64,000 bases of DNA, taken from a virus. The stretch lies in the UHGV virus genome UHGV-0200554; one strand, 5' to 3'. The notes beneath the pieces were generated by a model. That model did not search any database. It was not told where the DNA came from and worked only from the letters and a program-made list of their open reading frames with translations. Both the position numbers and the translations under genes were made by a program. The number at the start of each line of letters is the position of its first letter. Position 1 is the stretch's first letter. Below are positions 1 to 8,668 of the stretch, in pieces.

Positions 1-113
1 AAGGCGGCGCGGATGATTTTGCAAAAAGGTACGGTTTTAATAATGCCAACGAGATGATCGAGGCGGTTGTACTCCAGGCAGAAGAAGACTACGCAGAAAG
101 GGCGCTTGGTTAA
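1..113 (+). CDS. 3' end of an upstream gene (partial, C-terminal ~36 codons ending ...QAEEDYAERALG)
   Basis: Open frame from window edge to TAA at 111-113; no function assignable. Confidence 0.25.
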   Translation, partial: GGADDFAKRYGFNNANEMIEAVVLQAEEDYAERALG

Positions 114-156
114 TACACGGGCCGAAAGGCCCACCACACAAAGAGGAGTAAAAATT

Positions 157-351
157 ATGGCACTTAAAAAATTAACTGAAAAAACTCGTTGGGATATGAT
201 CGACGGGGAAGTCTATATTTTCGCCCGTAAACCTGGCGATCAAAAATGGGTAAAAGCGTTCACTTGTCACCCTGCTGTTATTGACCTCATTAAAAGTAAA
301 GGCCTACGTGAAGCAGTGGCACGTAGTCTATTAATCCCTTGCAAAGAATAA
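157..351 (+). CDS. small hypothetical protein (64 aa; track ORF 67..351 probably over-extended 5')
   Basis: ATG at 157 preceded by AAAGAGGAG RBS; followed by intrinsic terminator. Confidence 0.5.
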   Translation: MALKKLTEKTRWDMIDGEVYIFARKPGDQKWVKAFTCHPAVIDLIKSKGLREAVARSLLIPCKE

Positions 352-373
352 TATAACTGACGAAATAATAAGA

Positions 374-398
374 GGCCGCAAATAAGCGGCCTTTTTGT
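374..398 (+). terminator. rho-independent terminator (GGCCGC-loop-GCGGCC + T5)
   Basis: GC hairpin followed by TTTTT read directly in sequence. Confidence 0.6.
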
Positions 399-1059
399 TG
401 TCTGTAGTATAGTGAATCCGGTATTCAAAACAGCGGATCATTCCGCGAACGCTATGCGTGATGTGTGCATAAAATAAAATGCCTATAAATTAACCACACC
501 ACAAAAAAGCTGTATGTGCATACATAGTTTTTAAGTTTTTTCAGTTTTCAGCTGTCAAATGTGGGGCATTTTGTGAAGTATCTCACACTTTTCGGCTGAT
601 GCACATTTTATATAGCTATGTCAACAACTATAAATCTTTATAAAACAGTAAGTTACAAAGTCCATTTTTTGAAAAATCGGGTATAACTATAGGCGCGAAA
701 TTCTATTTTTCACGTAGCGTCACGATAAGATGTATCTGATAGGTATGTTTTAATTATGCAATATTAATGCATAACCAACATGTGATAAATATTCTCAACA
801 ACCCGGCAGATGTATTAAATATGGTGACTATTCCACCCCACATTATTTCAGACGGCAACTATTCCGATGTGTGATTAATATACTTTCAGGCGGTGATTAT
901 TCTGTATCTCAATAATCTATATAATATAATATTAGTAATATAATTAGATTATGAGATACAAGAAAACATCTAAAATAGTAAAATTACAATTAATGAAAAT
1001 ATATAAATTGCATAAAATAAAATAAGACAAATAACAATTTGCGAATGCAATGATCACAA

Positions 1060-1481
1060 TATGCAACGATAACATGGCGCGACCGGAGGGAGCGACATAA
1101 TAACGCTGAGTGACAATAACACCCCCGTGTTATTATCCAGCATTATTATCTCGCTAATTTATGATTATCTCATAAATTAACATGTAATAATCCTCAGCGT
1201 TATTATGTCCTCCAATAACAATAAAAATTGTTATGGTAACGCTGAGTTATTACTATGTTAATAAAAGGGCATAAAGCCCGGTACTATGTACCATTAAATA
1301 ATCTAAAACGATTACGTTTTCTCAGCGTTATTGTGTCAAATGTTATGATAACAGTATATAATTATCTTGCTAACTTTCAGTATACATATTCCGCGTAGCG
1401 TCATGTGGAGCGTGTAGTAAACCTGTAGCAAGATAAGAATAACGCTGAGGTATTGTACCGTATGCAACGATAACATGGCGC
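1060..1481. repeat. iteron block: 21-bp direct repeats TATGCAACGATAACATGGCGC at 1060-1080 and 1461-1481 flanking five copies of ATAACGCTGAG in alternating orientation (about 1095-1110, 1193-1209, 1237-1246, 1321-1337, 1438-1449)
   Basis: Exact repeats read in sequence; includes 17-bp inverted pair GACATAATAACGCTGAG / CTCAGCGTTATTATGTC. Confidence 0.6.
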
Positions 1482-1645
1482 AACTATAACAGGCCTAAAG
1501 AGTAAGATAAACAATAGTTTATGTGTATAATCGGCGGGGCCTCCTGGCTGCGCTGTGTGAAACTATCATGTATGGAAACAGTCCAGGATGTTATGATTTC
1601 AGCATGGGATTGTGTGTTTTTGAATTGTGTACGGGTAAACTGTGT

Positions 1646-1701
1646 GGGGTAAGTATAGGGGAAGTATAGGGGAAGTATAGGGGAAGTATAGGGGAAGTAT
1701 G
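1646..1701. repeat. tandem array of ~5 copies of 11-bp unit GGGGAAGTATA
   Basis: Head-to-tail copies with one-helical-turn periodicity; no spacers, so not CRISPR. Confidence 0.7.
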
Positions 1702-2008
1702 CCTAACAAATTTCGTTCTTTTTGTCAACAATTTTTCTATGAAAGTGGTCCGACCAGTTATAAGATGCATCTACGGAGCATGTTATGTAGCTGGTATGGT
1801 AGTGTGCCAGTGCAATATGATGCCCGGTCATAGCTTGTGTGGTGTACCTGTTACACCAGTAAATAGAATTAATAGCAGGCTAACTACTACAATGATTAAT
1901 CTTTTAGTGCTGTAATAAACCGCAATTATTCTCCTTTCGATTGTTTTCGTTTCCTTTCGTTTCTTATCGTTTGAGCTGTGTTTTATTCCGCGTAGCGTCA
2001 TGCTGAGC

Positions 2009-2048
2009 TGTGGATAAGTCTGTGGATAACCCTGCCTCCTGTGGATAA
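2009..2048. promoter_or_regulatory. three perfect DnaA boxes TGTGGATAA (reverse complement TTATCCACA) at 2009-2017, 2021-2029, 2040-2048, same orientation
   Basis: 9-mers match the E. coli DnaA box consensus exactly; clustered within 40 bp. Confidence 0.65.
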
Positions 2049-2911
2049 CTGGCCTGCTATGCCTGCTGTGTGGTACTATTGAACTACTGTACAAATGATC
2101 ATAAGTGCGTATAATCGGTGTTACGTATGATGAACAATACGAAGTAATAATTATTCCCACATGAGAAGGCTTATCATTTACTTAAATGTTGCTGTGGAAA
2201 ACTGTAACGCATGTTATTATTCAACCCCACACAATGAGGGCGTGAACAGTCCCCCCCTATAATCACTGTGTGCAACTATTAATCACTGTGAGTAACTACC
2301 ATGCAATAACTAGGCCAATGGTCGCAAGGCCCCGGCTATCAATTGCGTAAACAGCCTCGATATTTGAGAATCATTCGCATTATGAGAAGGAGTCGCGTTT
2401 CGCCTGCCTAATACCTCAGATGTGAGTCTGGGTGTATCGGCCCCGCACTACCCCTGCTTCAGGACAGGACCTGCGGTCCGGTGACAACAACTTGTTGTGC
2501 ACCATTGAGGATATTTGCCCCGGTTTGTATGAATACCTCTTCAGGCTGTGTACCTCCCCGTAGGGGGGGTATGGTGAGAGGTAGTACGAATAAAAAAAAA
2601 ATGAAGCCCTCTTCAGGCCTGTGATATTTGTGTGGCTGATATTTGTGGGGAATCCAGTATTTACGGGACTCCTGGACAGGGCGGGGAGGTATACACAAAG
2701 GAGGTATTATGTTAAAGATATGTTAAAATATGTGGTGCTCTTTAGGCATTATTCTTCAATGAAATCAAGTGCTTAGGCTATGTGTGGGTATTTTCTGTGA
2801 ATAATTGGCATGTTAATCGGATCAAAGAGGATTAAAGAAGGGAAATGATTTGACTCTTCATGCCACTTGTGGTATATTTTCGATACTGGTAAAGGGGGTT
2901 CGGAGGTCAGG

Positions 2912-3286
2912 ATGTTTGAGTTCAAAGCTGATGCTCAGGAGTTCTACAACAAAGTTGCTAAGCCTGTTGTGGAGTCTGTTCAGGAACACCCTGCAAGCAG
3001 ACCTACTTCTGTGGGGATAAAAGGTGTTAGCAAGTACTACAGAGGTAAACATGTGTATTACAGGGCTTACATCTGGGTAACACGCCACACTGTGAACAAG
3101 CAGTTGATCAAAACGTTTAAAACTCTGGAAGAAGCTGTAGCTCAAAGGCAGGAATGGGAACAGGTGAAGGATATTTTGGACGGGAAAGTAGCGATGGTAT
3201 TACCTTTTGAATGGGATATGGTGTATGCTTCTAAATACTGGGAAGTTTATCATGGAATGGCTCAGGAGCAGGATGAAGATTATTAA
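2912..3286 (+). CDS. stand-alone AP2-domain DNA-binding protein (homing-endonuclease-associated type)
   Basis: GGAGG RBS before ATG 2912; AP2-like signature (KGVSKYYRGK..YRAYI..KTFKTLEEAVAQRQEW); no HNH motif. Confidence 0.5.
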   Translation: MFEFKADAQEFYNKVAKPVVESVQEHPASRPTSVGIKGVSKYYRGKHVYYRAYIWVTRHTVNKQLIKTFKTLEEAVAQRQEWEQVKDILDGKVAMVLPFEWDMVYASKYWEVYHGMAQEQDEDY

Positions 3287-3801
3287 TGGACCGTGAAGGT
3301 CCGGCATGTAATGCCAGTTTATGGAATGTAATTTGTAGGCATGGAAGCTATTATTTTGCTTAGCTCTGTAATGATTAGCAGGCTGTGTGCTACAACCTTG
3401 TTGTACCTGAATCCTTAGGTTTCTAATGATTAGTTTGCTAAGTATTTATATGTGCCTAACCCCCTACCCCCGGTTCTAGTCTCCCCAACAACGCTGGTAC
3501 TTAAACTCTACCGTTATTGTGCCTTACTGCCCATATTACATCGCAGTTGGCTGGTCACTATAACCGCTCCCGCTCTCCAACCTCGACAAGCTCGTGCGAT
3601 ACTCCATTCATTCGGATGTTCACGCTGTTCACTCAGTCGATATTCCCCTATCTCCTTCAATCCGAAGAGAGAGAAACCCAGAATCGTATTCTGGAAAAGA
3701 GAGAGAAGATCTAAATTATAGCAGGAGATGAGAGGAATTGCAATATGGAGGATACCTACCAGAATTGGTAGGCATATGTGGACAGCACTTATTGACAAAA
3801 A

Positions 3802-4029
3802 CTACTCCGTATCGATATCTACCTCTGTGCCTTCCTCAGGTACAGATAACATAGCCATCTGTAGAGCTTCCTCCCAGTTAGTGCGCTCAGCCTGAGCCAC
3901 CAACTCATCCGGGTCTTTACCCAATGCTTCAGCTAACCGAGATACATAGAGTACACCAGGGAGAAGTTCAGGATCAAATTCAAGATAGAGAATCCCATCC
4001 CCATCTTCTGTGAAAAGCTCAAGTCGCAT
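3802..4029 (-). CDS. hypothetical acidic protein (75 aa)
   Basis: ORF in co-directional leftward gene block. Confidence 0.45.
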   Translation of the reverse strand: MRLELFTEDGDGILYLEFDPELLPGVLYVSRLAEALGKDPDELVAQAERTNWEEALQMAMLSVPEEGTEVDIDTE

Positions 4030-4284
4030 ACTGGCTCCTTATGTTGACTTCATACAGGTTGTACGATGCCTAAAGAGTGAAATTACTTTGTCTCTTCAGG
4101 CAACAGAGCTTGCGATTGTTGTGGATGTGTGGGCAGAGAAGCTACATAGTAGTGAATAGCTCCACGACATACTACAACAGTATGCATATCATTGTGACCG
4201 CTCCAGCTACACACAATATAGCACTTATGATTGCTAATGAGAACAGGCAGTAGCTGATAGCTGTGTCTGTAATATCACTTACCC

Positions 4285-4500
4285 TCATACGCTTCTCCTT
4301 GTTGCTCTTGCTACTTCAAAATAGTCTACATATCTTGATTCTTGCAGGATACGATAGCCTTCCCTATCTGCGTCTTCGATTGTGTGGAAGCGATCTCCAA
4401 GCTCCATACGCTCACCAGATTGTAAAACAATTATCAGCTTGTACATAGACCCTCCTTCATAATGCAAACTGATAATAGCACAGACAGGAGAAGGAGTCAA
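4285..4500 (-). CDS. hypothetical protein (71 aa)
   Basis: ORF in leftward block. Confidence 0.4.
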   Translation of the reverse strand: MTPSPVCAIISLHYEGGSMYKLIIVLQSGERMELGDRFHTIEDADREGYRILQESRYVDYFEVARATRRSV

Positions 4501-4742
4501 GCATAAACCGTGAAGAAAATAGATTATTTTCTGAGCAGTGAAGGTAAGGCTGGAAAAATTTTGGACAGCTCGCCGCTGGCGAGGAAATGTACAGACCCCC
4601 CCTAAAACGTAATAAGAGGGCCTGTAATGGGTTTTTAGGTTAGGGTAGGGTGTTTGCTCAAGTTCTTGCGAAAAATGCGTCAGAATTGCATCTAGGCCCC
4701 TTAAATTTGAAATCTGAGGTCTGTTTTTAGTCTTAGGGTCCT

Positions 4743-4958
4743 CTAAAAGTCCTCCCTTTCACGAAGTATTTTAGTGAACCCTTCAAGCCAGGTAGTGTCT
4801 GTGATCATATCAAGATCCTGTGCAAGTGCACGTCTGACGTTCCTTTTATGCACCGCAGTTAGTGTTACCCAAAAGTCCAGAGGCATGTTGGCTAGACAAG
4901 AATTGTCGAAAGGGTAATTATGCACCTTACCTTCAGAGCAGAGCACACTGAAATCCAT
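4743..4958 (-). CDS. hypothetical protein (71 aa)
   Basis: ORF in leftward block. Confidence 0.4.
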   Translation of the reverse strand: MDFSVLCSEGKVHNYPFDNSCLANMPLDFWVTLTAVHKRNVRRALAQDLDMITDTTWLEGFTKILREREDF

Positions 4959-4974
4959 TTGGCATCACCTCCGA

Positions 4975-5265
4975 TCACTTATGATCAGCGTCGTAGTCTT
5001 TCCAGGGGAGAAATTCGCAATCAAGGCCGGGGGCAACAACCTCACCAGTAGTAAGACCTTGCAGGAAGATAGTCTGCCCAGTTTCTGTAACGATGCATTC
5101 AAAATTCCTCTGATGGGCATAAAGCACCGTATAGATCTCGCCGAGGTACAACCCTTTGATACCGCCTGTTTTTACGCACATGACGCTCATAAGAGGGTAT
5201 AAACCTTCTTCACAAGTTAGTTTGCTCAGTTCTCTCATAGTGTATCTCATTGTGTCCTCCATCAT
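4975..5265 (-). CDS. hypothetical protein (96 aa)
   Basis: ORF; 4-nt overlap with next gene suggests coupling. Confidence 0.45.
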   Translation of the reverse strand: MMEDTMRYTMRELSKLTCEEGLYPLMSVMCVKTGGIKGLYLGEIYTVLYAHQRNFECIVTETGQTIFLQGLTTGEVVAPGLDCEFLPWKDYDADHK

Positions 5266-5570
5266 CCAAAAATTGTTTCGAGATAGGCAGCTCTGCGGTT
5301 TTTCGTGAAATCCTGCAAATCATTGAGATCGGCATCAGTCCTGGTACACAAAGACTCCCTGCATGTGTTCAGCCAATGCAGATCTATCATAACCTGACAG
5401 AAGTCCCTGGGTAGCATATTATCCATAACATCCTTCTTGTCAAGGTTTGGGAAGATTTCATCGATAGTGCTATCATCGGGACTAATGATACTGAATGTTC
5501 TGTCAATACCTGTGCAGACAGCTACAAGTGTAGGGCTGTCACCAGGCAACAATTCGTGATCACGAGACAT
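5262..5570 (-). CDS. hypothetical protein (102 aa)
   Basis: ORF in leftward block. Confidence 0.45.
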   Translation of the reverse strand: MSRDHELLPGDSPTLVAVCTGIDRTFSIISPDDSTIDEIFPNLDKKDVMDNMLPRDFCQVMIDLHWLNTCRESLCTRTDADLNDLQDFTKNRRAAYLETIFG

Positions 5571-5579
5571 GTAAACCTC

Positions 5580-5608
5580 AGATAAAGAAAAAGGGAGCCA
5601 AAGCTCCC
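5580..5608 (-). terminator. intrinsic terminator (GGGAGC-loop-GCTCCC + T-run on minus strand)
   Basis: Hairpin followed by TTTTTCTTT on minus strand, just downstream of gene 5615..5920. Confidence 0.5.
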
Positions 5609-5614
5609 TTCAGA

Positions 5615-5920
5615 TTATTCTGCTGAACGCTTGAAGAGGATATCAGTCTCTTCCATTGCGTCAACTTCGGCTTCCAGTTTCGCGCGACGTTTCTCTGATT
5701 CATATCTCTTATCGAATTCAGTAGCCACCAGTGACTTCAGGAATTTAGGAGAAATCAAGTGATCTTCTTTTTCCACCTTGATAATATCCTTCATTGCTTC
5801 CTTCATGTCTTTAATTTTCAACTGGAGATCAACCAGTTCTTCAACTGTTTTACGCAGACGTTCGCGTTCTGCTGGGTCAGCCGGAAGAGAAGTAAACAGT
5901 TCAACTTTAGTACGTGCCAT
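5615..5920 (-). CDS. hypothetical charged helical (coiled-coil-like) protein (101 aa)
   Basis: ORF; KE-rich heptad-like sequence. Confidence 0.5.
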   Translation of the reverse strand: MARTKVELFTSLPADPAERERLRKTVEELVDLQLKIKDMKEAMKDIIKVEKEDHLISPKFLKSLVATEFDKRYESEKRRAKLEAEVDAMEETDILFKRSAE

Positions 5921-5938
5921 CTTTAGAGGTCCCCTTTC

Positions 5939-6151
5939 TTAATCTAAAATGTCTACAATTTTGAAGTACTCTGGGCATTCGATTACATTCAGGCAGATGT
6001 AACGGCTATCACCATCGTCATCAATCGTATAGAAAGCTAACTCACCGTCAACAGCTGGATGGTGGACGACGTAACCATCGTAGATTCCACCTTTAGTGAA
6101 CCCCCAGTAATCACCGAGGCATTTCACTGCAAAGCAATCACCGTTTGTCAT
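5939..6151 (-). CDS. hypothetical protein (70 aa)
   Basis: ORF in leftward block. Confidence 0.45.
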   Translation of the reverse strand: MTNGDCFAVKCLGDYWGFTKGGIYDGYVVHHPAVDGELAFYTIDDDGDSRYICLNVIECPEYFKIVDILD

Positions 6152-6273
6152 TTCTTCAACTCCTCACGAATCCGGTCACAAACCACTTTCAGCAGATACG
6201 ACACCCCAGCAAGTATCCCGCCAAGTACAAGGGATACACCGAAGATCATCAATAGGACATAGATATCTACCAT
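6148..6273 (-). CDS. tiny single-pass membrane peptide (41 aa, MVDIYVLLMIFGVSLVLGGILAGVSYLLKV...)
   Basis: Hand-translated; fills gap between track ORFs; stop overlaps next start (ATGA); below track length cutoff. Confidence 0.3.
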   Translation of the reverse strand: MVDIYVLLMIFGVSLVLGGILAGVSYLLKVVCDRIREELKK

Positions 6274-6297
6274 GGAAACGTCCACAAGCCACCCCCC

Positions 6298-6555
6298 CTA
6301 TCGAATACCTTTCAGGATATCTTCAAGTTTATAGCCTTCGTCAATTGCATGGATAACTTCATCAGCTGTGTAGTAGTATTCTTTACACAAGCGGCAGGCT
6401 ACAAACAGTTCACCACGAAGTTCCAGACGGCTGATATCAAACTCACTGAAACCCTGTTTACGAAGTTCTATCTTACACCATTCTACGGCAACCTTGCAAA
6501 CAATAAACAGGATTAAGATTGCCAGAAGAATGGCGGTCAAAGTACTGACTACCAC
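6298..6555 (-). CDS. small N-terminally membrane-anchored protein (85 aa)
   Basis: ORF; hydrophobic N-terminus. Confidence 0.45.
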   Translation of the reverse strand: MVVSTLTAILLAILILFIVCKVAVEWCKIELRKQGFSEFDISRLELRGELFVACRLCKEYYYTADEVIHAIDEGYKLEDILKGIR

Positions 6556-6564
6556 AGAGTCCCC

Positions 6565-6648
6565 TTAGATTAGAATGATAAGTGCGATGACTGCTGCCGC
6601 TGTAATAGTTATTGTTCCTAAAAACAACTTCAGCATTTCTTTGTTCAT
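6565..6648 (-). CDS. tiny hydrophobic peptide (27 aa)
   Basis: Hand-translated; ATGA overlap with upstream gene stop. Confidence 0.25.
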   Translation of the reverse strand: MNKEMLKLFLGTITITAAAVIALIILI

Positions 6649-6953
6649 GATATAATCTCCAAAATTTCATAACGGTTAGGTTTGAATATGAAGGCTTCTT
6701 CTTTTTGGTATTTGCTTTTTATCTTCTTGCCCCCTTTTTCTTTACGGCAGAAATAACAAATGATAACGTTATCTCTTACCATGTGGAACAGGATATCTTC
6801 TTCTGTCAACCCACAGGTAGAAAGGTCCTCGTAGGAGAGTGCTTTAGCTACAGATTCTTTGGTTGGGGTTTCACCAACAACTTCGTCACCTTCGTGAACC
6901 CCGTACTCTGCCAAAGCATCTCCCACACCAATCAATCTAACTTTAACCAGCAT
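6645..6953 (-). CDS. hypothetical protein (102 aa), possible distant member of the small paralogue family
   Basis: ORF; C-terminus ...YEILEIIS. Confidence 0.45.
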   Translation of the reverse strand: MLVKVRLIGVGDALAEYGVHEGDEVVGETPTKESVAKALSYEDLSTCGLTEEDILFHMVRDNVIICYFCRKEKGGKKIKSKYQKEEAFIFKPNRYEILEIIS

Positions 6954-6967
6954 GGGAGAGTCTCCTG

Positions 6968-7240
6968 CTATTCAACGATTTCGTAGCAATCACTGCAAAC
7001 AATCATCGGGTCTGCTTCGAAGCCAGGGATATTTTCAAGAACGACCGCTTGGTTAAGAGTCAGCATAACCAGGAGAATACCAACATCTTCTTCTGCAACA
7101 CCTAAGCTAAGCAGTTCTTCTTTATTCGGGTAGTGTGCATCAAGCACAGCACCTTCTTTGATCATACCAGACGCTTCAACCATTCCTTTCATGTCACTAG
7201 GCATCATGCAGTCTTCAACTTTAGTCAGGCGAATTTTCAT
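6968..7240 (-). CDS. small acidic protein, paralogue family member (MKIRL...CYEIVE)
   Basis: Shares N-terminal MKI(K/R)L and C-terminal YE(I/V)VE with 7709..7981. Confidence 0.5.
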   Translation of the reverse strand: MKIRLTKVEDCMMPSDMKGMVEASGMIKEGAVLDAHYPNKEELLSLGVAEEDVGILLVMLTLNQAVVLENIPGFEADPMIVCSDCYEIVE

Positions 7241-7533
7241 TATTCGTCCTCCTCTTCTTCAACAACATCCCAGAAATCACCAGGGATAGCCAGACCTTTA
7301 TCTTCATCACCGTTTGGGAAAATGAAAACAACCCCTTCGAGGATCATCATCAGAGTGACCTGCTGTAATGCATCTTCACCAGGATCAGGATCTCCGTGAG
7401 AAGTGATCTCTTTCAACACATCTGCCGGACTTGGGACAAATGCATCATGAATTTCACCATCTTTGATACCGAAGATTTTTGCTGTTTCTTCGTCTACACC
7501 TTTAAGCACTACTTTAAAATCTGGTTGACGCAT
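7240..7533 (-). CDS. small acidic protein (97 aa), C-terminus ...DFWDVVEEEEDE
   Basis: ORF; acidic tail resembles paralogue family. Confidence 0.5.
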   Translation of the reverse strand: MRQPDFKVVLKGVDEETAKIFGIKDGEIHDAFVPSPADVLKEITSHGDPDPGEDALQQVTLMMILEGVVFIFPNGDEDKGLAIPGDFWDVVEEEEDE

Positions 7534-7600
7534 TGTGAGTACCTTTTGTAAAAGGGCACATCCGCTGTGCCGATGAGTTAGGGAGGTAACTGCAAGTTTA

Positions 7601-7705
7601 TCAGAGAAACTCTTTCAAAACTTTAGCTTGGGTGATCATAAAGACACCGTAAGCAAGAACTACAGGTGCTGTTACGACAGTTAAGAGATAAGCTACTGCC
7701 AACAT
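7601..7705 (-). CDS. tiny single-pass membrane peptide (34 aa)
   Basis: Hand-translated; GAGGAG RBS; tightly packed after 7709..7981. Confidence 0.3.
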   Translation of the reverse strand: MLAVAYLLTVVTAPVVLAYGVFMITQAKVLKEFL

Positions 7706-7708
7706 GCT

Positions 7709-7981
7709 TTACTCCTCAACTACCTCGTAGTTTTCAGGTAAAACAATCAGGTTTTCACCACTACCCGGGGCATCAAAAGTAGCCATACCTTCCGGCAGGT
7801 GCAGTTCAACCAAAGTGAGCAGAGCTTCACGTTCAGCTTCGCCCATACCTTCGAAAGTTTCGTCACCTAGGGCATCGCGAGCTACATCTTCCGGTGTAGG
7901 AATTTTAGCTTCTACGATCATACCTTCAGTCAGGCCGTGGATTGGATCAGCGATTTCAGTGTTCAGTAATTTAATTTTCAT
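7709..7981 (-). CDS. small acidic protein, paralogue family member (MKIKL...NYEVVEE)
   Basis: Paralogous to 6968..7240. Confidence 0.5.
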   Translation of the reverse strand: MKIKLLNTEIADPIHGLTEGMIVEAKIPTPEDVARDALGDETFEGMGEAEREALLTLVELHLPEGMATFDAPGSGENLIVLPENYEVVEE

Positions 7982-8107
7982 TAGAAGGTCCTCTTTTTGG
8001 GTAGAATTAATAGCCGTAGCCTAAGAAGTTAACAACAGCTATCAGGAAAATCATAACTAACAGACAAGCTATCTCTAAACGCATTACATGTTCTCTTTAG
8101 TTGGTAG

Positions 8108-8221
8108 TTATTTCTCTTGTTTGTAGTGTTCACGGAGGAGCTGGATTACAAAGTCCAGCCCTCCGATGATACCACAGACAAGGAAAGTATAGATGAGAAA
8201 CATTAAAATCATGTCGTACAT
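8108..8221 (-). CDS. tiny single-pass membrane peptide (37 aa)
   Basis: Hand-translated small ORF in inter-ORF gap. Confidence 0.3.
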   Translation of the reverse strand: MYDMILMFLIYTFLVCGIIGGLDFVIQLLREHYKQEK

Positions 8222-8347
8222 ACTACACCACCTTGCTGCTAGTGTCAAGTGCTTATTTGGAAAATAGGTGAATTATTTTTTACCTTTCCCGCCTTTGCCT
8301 TTGCCACCTTTTTTGCCACATGCCATACACAATCTCCAGTTAGTTAA

Positions 8348-8668
8348 TTAAAAGTGGCCTTGCGCTAGTTTAATGAGCGCATCTGCCATTTGACGAACCG
8401 CTTTGGCGTGTTCCAAAGGCGAAAGTCCGTCTTCAGGATCGAAGCGTAATGCTTCCATTACTGCTTTCAGTTCACCATCTTCCGCATGGATTTCACCACG
8501 TACCGGAAGTGCCCCAGGACACGATTGGTCCATACTTTCTTCAACGTAATCAACACCAGCGATAAGACCAAATGCACCGTTGTTGTCGATAACAAGTTCT
8601 TGTTTCATCTTGGCACCCTCTTTGTTTCGATGTGTGGTAACTATAACAGATTCAAATCGTGTTGTCAA
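8348..8668 (-). CDS. hypothetical protein (106 aa; true start may be the internal Met)
   Basis: ORF in leftward block. Confidence 0.45.
   Translation of the reverse strand: MTTRFESVIVTTHRNKEGAKMKQELVIDNNGAFGLIAGVDYVEESMDQSCPGALPVRGEIHAEDGELKAVMEALRFDPEDGLSPLEHAKAVRQMADALIKLAQGHF

Larger units (their letters stand above)
713..2002. repeat. three dispersed copies of motif CGTAGCGTCA(T/C)G (about 713-724, 1394-1405, 1991-2002), two embedded in identical TTCCGCGTAGCGTCATG
   Basis: Read directly; same orientation; non-coding context. Confidence 0.55.

Noticed and set aside
1646-1701. Tandem 11-bp repeats as a possible CRISPR array
   Set aside because: Units are only 11 bp, directly abutting with no spacers, and there are no cas genes; this is a simple tandem repeat.
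1828-2698. ORFs 1828..2160 (-) and 2459..2698 (-) inside the 5' non-coding region
   Set aside because: No RBS, odd composition, and they overlap the DnaA boxes and repeat motifs; more likely non-coding.
3452-3798. Overlapping ORFs 3452..3721 (+), 3517..3714 (+), 3514..3798 (-)
   Set aside because: Mutually overlapping in three frames with no start signals; the region looks intergenic.
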